This document shows positions 52,396 through 64,000 of a stretch of 64,000 nt of DNA, one piece after another. Position numbers and translations under genes: made by a program. Positions within the stretch are counted from its first letter, which is position 1. Each line of letters starts with the position of its first letter. Origin of the DNA: the human T2T-CHM13v2.0 reference genome, Homo sapiens. The stretch lies in NCBI RefSeq assembly GCF_009914755.1, contig NC_060928.1. One strand, given 5' to 3'. The notes under the pieces are model-generated. The model made no database searches. It was not told where the DNA came from and worked only from the letters and a program-made list of their open reading frames with translations.

Positions 52396-53987
52396 CTGCT
52401 TTTCTCTGAAAATGCTATATGTAATATTAATACAAATTGAGTGTTATACCAGATTTTGAAAATAAAACTGTAAATCTAAAAGTTGCCTTAAAAGCTGTGC
52501 TTTTGTCTGCTCATCTCTAAAGCATAATCCACCTAGAAAGAAAAAGTGTTGCTTTATTTTTCTCTTCAAGATATTTTATTTCCTTTTCAGTTGTAAGTCA
52601 CTGTGTTTTAAGTTTCTTTTTCTGTCCAGATTGAGTCGGTTATTCCAAGAAAGAAGACAACAGCCAACAGGTAAAGTGAGCTGCTTCAGTGAATGGAACG
52701 TGAACCAAGAAATAAATCTTTTTAATTTCAACATTAAATTACTTTCAATACTAAAAATGGAAGACATTTCTTAAGGATTTATTAAGTGTAGAATTCACAA
52801 AAATAGTGTTACCTTAGCAACTCATGACACAGAAATTAAGCTGTCAACATCTTGATCATTCAAAAGCGGTCATTGATCTTTGTGTCAACACAGCAGATGA
52901 AAAAGAGCTGCAGTGACGTACTTTGCCAGGTTTTTGAACTCTGATAAACAAGCCAAGCTGTGTTTATGAATTCCCTAAAATAGACAAGTGGAGAATACAG
53001 CAGTATCTCAGTGTGCCAAAATGGATTTACAGGTAGTTGGGCATTGTGCACACTACCCAAGTAGTCTTTATTTCCTAACTCCTATTGTAATATGAAAAAA
53101 CAGATGTACCTAAAAAATCTTAAGTAGAGACAGTCCCTGCACTTGCCAAAATGCATTACTTTGTAACATTATCTGTCATTAAGAAGAAATCCATTCAGAC
53201 AGTGTTTCCCTTTAAAAAATCTGTGGTGTCTTTTAAGCTGAAGCTTGAAGAGAAAGCAGCATGAGATTCTCAGGTCACTAAATATATTAAGTAAAGATGT
53301 CACCATTTCCATTTTTGCTGAAATAAAAGCAAAGTTAGAGGAACAAAAAGCAAAAAGATTCCAGTGTAACCAGATTCTTCAATGCCACTATAAATAGGTA
53401 GCATACATTCATTCTAACTTAGCTCTTATTAAACTTTAATATCATAGGGAAGTTATTCAGAACATAACTTGAATGACAGCCAGCTTTACACCATCTTATA
53501 CCATATACTCTTCTTAGCCAAGGCATGTAGAGAGAATCAGATTTTGCCCTGGTCATCTATTTGTCTCTCAGAAACACCTGATCATTTAGATATCTCTCAA
53601 TAAAATGTTTGAAACATTACAGCTTTTAAAATCTGGGAAGCTAATATTGGTTCCATTTGTATTCATAATAGAAAGATTCTTTCAGTTTGTGTACAATTCT
53701 ATTGTGGGTCATTTTGACTGCATTTAGATATACTTTTAATTCGTTATTCCTAAAGAATGAATGAATGGTTGCTTAGTTCTATTAGCTATATATAAGCTAA
53801 TAATTATTAAACACTGAACCACCAAAGATATTTATACCCAATTCCCTGGAACCTATGAACAGGTAAGGTTACATGGCAAAGGGGATTGTACAAATATGAT
53901 TAAGGTTATGAATTTTGAGATGAGAAGATCATATTGGATAAATCAAACTGTGCCTAAAATAATTACATAAGCCCTTAGAGATAAAAC

Positions 53988-55287
<1,300 letters not shown>

Positions 55288-57496
55288 GGCAGAGGGGATG
55301 TCAAATGTGAGGGAGTTCACCTGCCCTTACTTGCTTTGAACATGAAGGAGGCCATGAGCCTGGGAATGCAGGTAGCTTCTAGCAGCTCATAATGATCCAG
55401 CATGTAAACAAGGGTCTATAACTACATGGATCTGGATTCAGCCAACAATCTGAGTAAGTCTGAAAAGAATTATTCTCCTGAGCTACTGGACAAGAGCCCA
55501 CTTCTGCTGACATCTTGATTCTGGTTGTATTAGTGTCTGAGCAGAGAATCCAACCGATCCTTCCAGATTTCTGATCTACAGAACTGTGAGATAATCATTT
55601 CTGTTAAGACTTAAATTAGTGGTATTTTAATGGCAGCAATAGAAAATTAATACACCCAACTCAACAAACTGCTCTATCACGACACTTTGTCTCTGACTCA
55701 ATCTGTTCCCAATCTTACTTAACGGCTTACTCTACATTCCTACTCTTTTCCCTTTTTTTTTTTTCTTTTTTTAGATAATATGAGCAGAACTGCAACTTAC
55801 TGTTTTCTGTGATGGTTCTGTGTATTCCTCATTTCAACTCCAACTGCAAATTCTAGACAGTGGAACTTCTGGCAGTCACTTTCTCACTCTAGGAAAAATT
55901 TTGAGAAGTACAGTTTTCTAACTGCATACTCTGCTGACCATACTTGAAAATCTAACTGCTGTGATACTCACTGAAGTTTTCCTACTTCCAAATAAAATCT
56001 CTCAGAGGAGTATTCCACCGACCAACAAGATAGACCTGGGCTGGGATCCAATCCTGGGAGTCTAGCCAGTACCAGATATCCAAAAAGAGTCTGGACTGTG
56101 GCCACAGTCAAAGGAAACAGGCAGGATATTCACACATCGCAAGTGGGCACATTCTCCTATAAGTTCACTTCCTGCCCTCAATCTTGAGTCCATTCTTATG
56201 TGAATGTCCTTTTCATTGAACACAGATATGATGTCAACTGGCTATGGCTGCTGCTGCTGCTGTTTCTTTACCTCTGTCTTTGTCTCCTGAATGTTTCTTG
56301 CACCCATCTCTGCTGCCTCTCCTTCTGTTCCTCCTTCTCTTGCTATTCCTCCTCCTTTTCCAGACTACTGATGGCACAAGTGTACTGATTTAAACATCAG
56401 TGTAATTGGGATTGTTTTACATATTCATAATTCAAAGATTTTTTATCTTTCTAAACATATTGATGAGAGGAAATTATATTGATCTTCTAAATGAGGGTCA
56501 AAAAAACAGAATAATATTTTGCTTCACAGTTAAGGAACCCAAGTCCATGGGACATATTAGAGAAACTAACTTGCAACTTTAAAACTTCATTTTTTCTTTC
56601 ATGAACTTAACATGTGTTTATGGAATACCTGTCAATGCAAATGCCAGGGATATGGCAGTATGAGACAAGTAAACACATATGAACATTGATTTAATAGAAA
56701 CATTTCAGTTATAATTCCACATAGGCAAACAATTTGGACTATTTAGCTATTAATGTACAGAAGAAGTTAATTTCCAAGTTACATAAACTATTTCAGTTAA
56801 CAAATATAAAATTCACATTTTTTATTCTTTGTAATATATAAGAGAAAATATCCATTCCAAAATTGTCACTGTTGACTTTATTAAAATATTCTGTTCCTCG
56901 GGATTTTGTAACATTTCACCCTCTTGGTGAAAACCATTCTTAATTAAATAATTTAATTATCTGGTGTATTTTCAAAAATTACTACAAATGGGGCCATTCC
57001 ACATTTTTCTATTCTCAATTTGCTAACTTTATTTATGCTCAGACAAAATGTGTCAGATTTCTTGACATCTCCTTTTCTGAAACAGTCAGGTAGTCTTTAA
57101 GTTATCATGAATCTTTCCTTAAAATATTTGTCATATCGTTCATGCTCTCAGTTCTCATGGCCACAGTCTTTGGGCCTATCCTAAGTAATTCTTGAAATAT
57201 TACGTAGATCCATGTCACCCATGTAGCTCAATCTACCGTCACGGTTTCTATATTCTTATTTATCTTCAAACTGTTGTATATCAATGTTTATGAAGCATTG
57301 GATTATTATAACTTTCATCACAAGGGCCTTTGGTAGATCTTTTTAAATTTTATTCTACTGAGCAAAGTTGCTTTCATTTATTAGATTATTACAACGTCAA
57401 AGTTCCAGTCTTTTATTTTATACCATTCGGTATTTTCAAATCCATGACATGGCTCAAACAGTTATCTTCATTTATTTTTCCAAGCTTCAAGGTACA

Positions 57497-57892
57497 TATA
57501 TTAGTTCGTTCTCACACTTTTATAAAGAACTACCAGAGACTGGGTAATTTATAAAGAAAAGAGGTTTAGTCAGCTCACGGTTCTGTGGGCTGTTCAGGCT
57601 TCTGCTTCTGGGGAGGGCTCAGGGAACTTACAATCACAGCAGATGGCAAGGGGAAGCAGGTAAATCTTCCCTGACCAGTAGGAGAGAGAGAGAGTGGCAG
57701 GAGAGGTACCACACACTTTCAACCAACCAGATCTCATGAGAACTCTATCACAAGACAGCACTTGGGGAATGGCGCTAAACCATTAGAAACCACCCCCATG
57801 ATTCAATCACCTTCCACCAGACCCCACCTCCAAAATCAGGAATTGCAATTCAACATGAGATTTATATAGGGGCACAGAGGCAAACCATATCA
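57497..57892 (-). mobile_element. MSTA/B-like solo LTR
   Basis: GAGACTGGGTAATTTATAAAGAAAAGAGGTTTA...AAACCATATCA. Confidence 0.85.
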
Positions 57893-59049
57893 GTTTGCTT
57901 TACAGGTTAACTATTCCATTAAGGACTATACAAAATTTATAATCAACCCTTGAAGATCTCTTACTAGCTGTAAGTCCCTGCAAGGCAGACACCCTTCTAT
58001 CCATATATTTATCTATTTCCTACTGCTAAATATAGTAGTTTAATGTTAGTGCTCAATATCAATTTGTTGAATAACATTGAAAAAAACAGTATCTTTTTTT
58101 ATGAAAACATATTCCATATTTTAGTTGCATGATTTGAACAGTACAAAATTTTACTGTCTAGCCTAGAAACAAAAAATAACTAAAAAGAGAATGGTTGCAT
58201 TAGCTTTTCTCAACTATTATAGAAATGGATTATATCTATTTCCCTGAAAGTTTTCCTCTTTGAAGAATACTTGTCTCTGTGTGATAGGGACAAAATAATA
58301 ATTAGCATTTGACAATTCTGCACTGAGACTTGGAGTCTCAAATATGCACTGAAGTAATTTATTAGGCATTTGATAAGGTGAACTGATGATTAGATGTAGG
58401 TTAAGTCCCAGCATAAACTTTCTCAAATTGTTCTACTAAATTCAAGACACTGATTGAGAGAGGATTAAGGGTGTACAAGAACTACTTCATCATCTGTAAG
58501 GTAACATAAGGGTTATTTTATCCCTTTATCCTATTTTTTAAAAGTTATTTTCAGCAAGAAGTAGCTCACATGTCTATTTTATGGTTTCTCTCCTTTGAGT
58601 TTTTACTGTATGTAGACATTATATCACAAATACTTACTTGACTAAAACTAATGGGCTTTTACCACAAATTAAAAACATAAGCCATTGTCAGTTTGCATTA
58701 TACTCAGATTGCTTATATGCTTACAAAAATACTTAAACATTATAAAACTAGTATTTTTTCTATTAATCTCAATATTTACCTATAATAGATTGTTACATAA
58801 TAATGACATTCTAAAAGTTAGCATAATAACTATAAAAATTAGGGCTTGTAGTCACAGGGTTATGTTCTAACTTCTTAGTTACACATGACAAAAAGCCCTT
58901 CAAAATCTACCTCGGCTAACTTTTTCAAAGAAATTTTCCATAGGTCTTCCTTCATCTCTTGAGGATCACAAACTACTCATTATTTTCACATGTCACAATG
59001 TATTGTTTTTATTTGTCTTTCTGTAACCTCCAATGCATTCACGTACAAT

Positions 59050-59270
59050 TTCCTCTATCTGCTCTATCTGGAAGGCCTTTTATTTCTATTTTCAATGTGG
59101 GAGATTTCTCTAGGGAACATTGCCTTAATTCAGGGAGATTCCCTCGTTAGACTGTGAATTTCTCAAAAGAAAATAATATGTAGAGTTTATTTTATCCATT
59201 TTTCACTATCCGGAATATGACACTGCCAGATACATAATAAACATTTAACAAATATTTATTGGCTGAAGTA
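59050..59270 (+). mobile_element. L2 3' end
   Basis: TTAGACTGTGAATTTCTC...ACATAATAAACATTTAACAAATATTTATTGGCTGAA. Confidence 0.55.
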
Positions 59271-60046
59271 ATGGAGGGGAAGGGAATTCTATTAAAATAC
59301 AGAAGTCTAGAAGTCAAGGATGTGCGATAGGATATGAAAGGCTGCTGCTATCATAAGTATAGTTGGAAATAACTTCGATTTTTTTCCAATGTGTCTCAGT
59401 TCTGTATATCTATTTAGAAGTCGAAAGATAGCAAAGCACCTACTATTTTTTTCTTTTGAGAGGTGCTTCTTTTGTGAGTTTTGGAGAATTTAAGGCTTAA
59501 ATAAAATATTGACTATATAAATTAAAATGAAGCAAAATTACTATATGTAGAATATGTTTTAGTAATTTAGTGATCACAAAATTGTCTATTTTGTTGTTTG
59601 TTTAATTTGTAGATGCAATATATAATATTCCAATGCCGACTATAATGCTTGTGTTTTAACTTTAACACCTGTCTTTGGTGATAAAGATCTAGCTTTATTC
59701 TATTTTATGAAGAAGCACAATTTGTTCTCTATGGGGAGTCTAAAGTATAAAGTGATGACGATTTGATACATAGTATAAGTTTCTCTTTTTGCTTTATTTT
59801 AAAATTCGTGTACAATGCCCTTTCCTTCCATCCACTTGTGTGTGTCCTTTAGAAGGAGTTTTCATTTAGGCAAAATATAAAATAGTATTAATTATTTTCT
59901 ATTCGTTTTTTTTTTTCCTGAACTAAGTTGTGTTACTCTGGAATTCTCTGTGATACATCCCTGAACTTTTCGATCTTATGTTAAATATAGTTGGTGCATG
60001 TATCCTTTAGCATTATCCATTGCATTCTGGACATTAAATAAAAATT

Positions 60047-61072
60047 AATAAACATACACATGCAAGTGTCTTTATAGTAGCATGATTTATAATCCTTTGG
60101 GTATATACCCAGTAACAGGACTGCTGGGTCAAATGATGTTTCTAGTTCTAGATCCTTGAGGAATCACCACACTGTCTTCTACAATGGTTGAACTAATTTA
60201 TACTCTGACAAACAGTGTACAAGCGTACCTATTTCTCCACATCCTTTCCAGCATCTGTTGTTTCCTGACTTTTTAATGATTGCCATTCTAACTGGCATGA
60301 GATGGTATCTGATTGTGATTTTGATTTGCATTTCTCTGATGACCAGTGATGATGAGCATTTTTTCATGTCTGTTGGCTACATAAATGTCTTCTTTTGAGA
60401 AGTGCATGTTCATATCCTTTGCCCACGTTTTGATGGGGTTGTTGGTTTTTTTCTTGTAAACTTGTTTAAGTTCTTTGTAGATTCTGGATATTAGCCCTTT
60501 GTCAGATGGATAGATTGCAAAAATTTTCTCCTATTTTGTAGGTAGCCTGTTCACTCTATTGATAGTTTCTTTTGCTGTGCATAAGCTCTTTAGTTTAATT
60601 AGATCCCATTTGTCTACTTTGGCACTATTCACAATAGCAAACACTTGGAACCAACCCAAATGTCCATCAATAATAGACTGGATAAAGACAATGTGGCACA
60701 TATACACCGTGGAATACCATGCAGCCATAAAAAAGGATGAATTCATGTCCTTTGCAGGGACATGGATGAAGCTGGAAACCATCATTCTCAGCAAACTATC
60801 ACAAGGACAGAAAACGAAATACTGCATGCTCTTACTCATAAGTGGGAGTTGAACAATGAGAACACATGGACACAGGGAGAGGAACATCACACACTGGGGC
60901 TTGTCAGGGGGTGGGGGGGCTGGGGGACGGATAGCATTAGGAGAAATACCTAATGTAAATGATGAGTTGATGGGGGCCGCAAACCAACATGGCACACGTA
61001 TACCTGTATAACAAGCCTACGCATTGTACGCATGTAACCCAGAACTTAAAGTATAATAATCATACCAAAAAA
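60047..61072 (+). mobile_element. L1PA6/7-like element with 5' inversion (60047-60623 minus; 60621-61072 plus)
   Basis: Strand switch at shared GGC (60621-60623); 3' UTR and A tail; candidate TSD AAAAATTAA / AAAAATCAA. Confidence 0.9.
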
Positions 61073-61299
61073 AATCAACTGATATCTTTTAAAGCCCTGA
61101 AGTGTACAGGAAAATTAATTCCTAATTATAAACATGGAAACTTATGACAGTTAATTCATCTTACACATTTACTTGTCATGTTTAGCCATGAAAATCCACT
61201 CATAACTAAGAAAACTAAATAAATATTACATTTCTCTCTTAAATGTTAAAAAAAAATTAAACATTAAGTGAATAAGTAAATAAAGCCAAATATCTGTTT

Positions 61300-61575
61300 A
61301 AGCAGGTGTTGAAAGCCTGGCCCCAGAAAAACTGCTCACACTGCAGAAGCCAGATGTCAGAGGAGCTATGTGCATTGCAGAAGTGGGAAATCTGAGTAGA
61401 CTGAAAAAAGTAAGAGAAACCCCTCGCAATGTCTCTCTAGTGCTTTCTACTACAAAGAGTAACATCCTGCTAGCTGGCAAAGGACGAATATTAATAGAGT
61501 CAAGCTCCATTTTCACAGAGCAGACAATGAAGAGTAAATTTGGAGTTCAGAGGCAATAATTTGAAATCAGTCCCT
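61300..61575 (-). mobile_element. LTR41-like ERVL fragment
   Basis: GCTAGCTGGCAAAGGA...TTTGGAGTTCAGAGGCAATAA. Confidence 0.55.
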
Positions 61576-64000
61576 GTGTAGAAAGAACAGAGAATGAAAG
61601 GAGGAAGAACAGAGAGAAAGTTAAAGAGGATATATTCAATAACTATAGAAGTTATTTGTTAGTTTACTTACTCTATAGGAATGAAAATGCTTAAGAAAGA
61701 AAAGAAGAAGACAAAGAAATAGAGGTAAATTTGCATAAGATGGAAGGCAAATTGTAATGAAATAATAAATATAACAGCAGGTGAAAATACTGGCAAAATT
61801 GTAAATATACATATATATTTATCTTTGTAATATAATGATTAAGTGGTTTTCTATTAATACTAAAAGGACAACTTTTCCATAGTTCTGTATCTGTATACTT
61901 CCTAAAACATAATTCTTGAAATACAAGTTTTAAAGCAGGTTCAGATTTTAGACATAGAAAATATGGAGAAGCTACATCAATACATGAATAGAGACATTTA
62001 AAAATTATTATGTCTAAAATTCTAAATATATTTATAAAACATGAGCTATTCAGGTGATAAAATTTACAGCCAACAGCTTTTGAGATGTCCAACAGTAATT
62101 AGATTTCATTACCTCCAGACAGTGTAAATGATTTATTAATATAATTATTAATTATTATAGCTAAATAATTAGGGCTGTTTGATTTTCAATATTATTACCA
62201 ATTTCTCTGAAATACATGAGGAGCTATGCACTGATAAACTTGTCTTTATCGTGGGCAGATATCACCACTATATTTTAATAGATATTATATATTATTTAAC
62301 TGAATTCAATAGGTGTTCATTCACAAAACAAAATTACAAAACATGGAAGGAATGTATTATTTAAGAATTTAACAGGAAGAGTTTTAAATGTTATCAGGAT
62401 TTCCTTTCAACCATGCCTAACATATACCGTAAAGAAATAACTAAATCTTGAAAACCCTTATTAATACAGTTTATACTTTCTACAAAATGGATAAAGTTTT
62501 TAAGTGGGAAGTGCTAGGAAGTAAAGTTTCAATCTAAATGATTTATATATTCATTTCATGCTTTTTTGTCTTCACCATACAGATAAGTTCTAATTGGATC
62601 TCAGTCAAAAAGAACATGTCATGGGCACCTGCATGAAATAAGTCAAATAAGCATTTCAAAAATTTATGGTTAGTATACCTGTTATATGAGTTAAATGTAT
62701 TATAAAAACTGAAAATATATATTTATAGTTATACTTATAAATTACTGGTTTTTAGAATGGAGCATAGTTCATAATATTAACTGTATTACTAATAAAGTAA
62801 TAATACTAATAACAGTTATTGTTAACTAATAGATGTAAAGGATGTTGATTTGTTTGGAATAAAGTGTTCCTTTGGTTACTGTTAAGTCATTAGAATAATT
62901 CACAAGCAGCAAGTTGTTTAGTGAAAATGTAAAATTATGTTGCCGTCATTTTTTATAAATCCATAAATCTTAATTATAAGTATGTAGACTAACAGATTTA
63001 AAGGAAATAGAACAGCCATAGTAAAGTCAAAATAGTTGTTTACATTTTAGTTTCCTTCTTTTAAATGGTTTACATAAAATGGCAAACAAAAAAATGGTGT
63101 ATTCATTATATTCCCGCAGGAGAAATTTGGGCTGGAACAGAAGCCTTTGCTACTGATGGTGCTGGGATGTTGACTCTATGTGTCATCATCCCCACCAACT
63201 CTCAGCAATAGAAATATTTTGAATCAGAACATTGTTGTTTTATCCTTGCATGACAAAATAAAAATGTGAGCAATACTCTGGTCACCAATATAAATTGGGC
63301 TGCCCCAATTACAAACACATGGTCATTTTCTGTTTATGCCAAAACTAATGCGGTCCATTATTGAAATGTACTACTTGAAATTTTGAAATGGAACTAACAT
63401 ATGTATCCTGTGATTATTTGTCTTCTACATCTTGGTATCCAAGCACCAGTCATATTGCATTTTGTTCTTTTAGTGATCTTTCTAATCCTCTGCTTAGATT
63501 TATGGGAAAGCATTCATCAATCAAATTGGCAATGCTTTTAGTCATATTCAGGGGAAAAGGTGGTTGAATTTAATCAACAAATGCACATGTTTTACTCCTG
63601 TATATCTAACTATAAGCCCCCTTGCAGTCTTAATGGCTTACTTCACACATTTTCAGAAGACTATCATTAGTTATCCAAATGCATTTGAATGTTGTTGTCT
63701 GTTAACACTTGAAATAAAAAGACGGATTCACAAGGATCTTCCAGAAGCTTACTATGCCAATACTGGTACAGCTGCTACTTAGAACTGTCTTCAAATAGTA
63801 GACTACTTGATTGCTGCTGCCAATTGGATTTTCTTAACTATTATTTCCCTTTAGTCAAAGACACAGAATGTAGAAACTCTGTATCTAAGGGATTTGGCAG
63901 AGGCTTAGCTATTTATCATTTGTGTGAGGATCAAGCAGGCCAGGTGTGGTGTCCTGTTTATTTTAATGATACCAATATTGGGATGTGAGTTTAGAATAAT

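Noticed and set aside
63105-63200. Possible splice acceptor TTCCCGCAG|GAG
   Set aside because: Weak pyrimidine tract and no convincing nearby donor

Overview
AT-rich, CpG-poor primate genomic DNA, very probably human because it holds an L1 with the human-specific Ta diagnostics (ACA plus the downstream G). It looks like intergenic or deep-intronic sequence. I find no supportable cellular protein-coding gene. Every long ORF in the track is an L1 ORF1/ORF2 remnant, an antisense L1 frame, or a chance ORF in an LTR or AT-rich sequence. The window is a layered record of transposition: L1PA/L1PB/L1M fragments, an L1HS-Ta, Alus, a two-LTR THE1 element, solo LTRs (LTR22/HML-5, MER52, MER50, MER41, THE1C, MST, MLT1, MLT2), Tigger-family MITEs, MIR and L2. 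I do not see evidence for a new multi-gene biological system. The most unusual signals are (1) a 40-nt 5S rRNA 5' fragment fused head-to-head to an old L1 inside one shared target-site duplication, (2) two young inverted L1 3' ends about 700 bp apart that share a 148-bp identical, subfamily-mosaic tract over the G-rich 3' UTR, suggesting gene conversion or an assembly artefact, and (3) several non-canonical L1 integrations. Subfamily names come from recalled consensus sequences and need RepeatMasker/Dfam confirmation.
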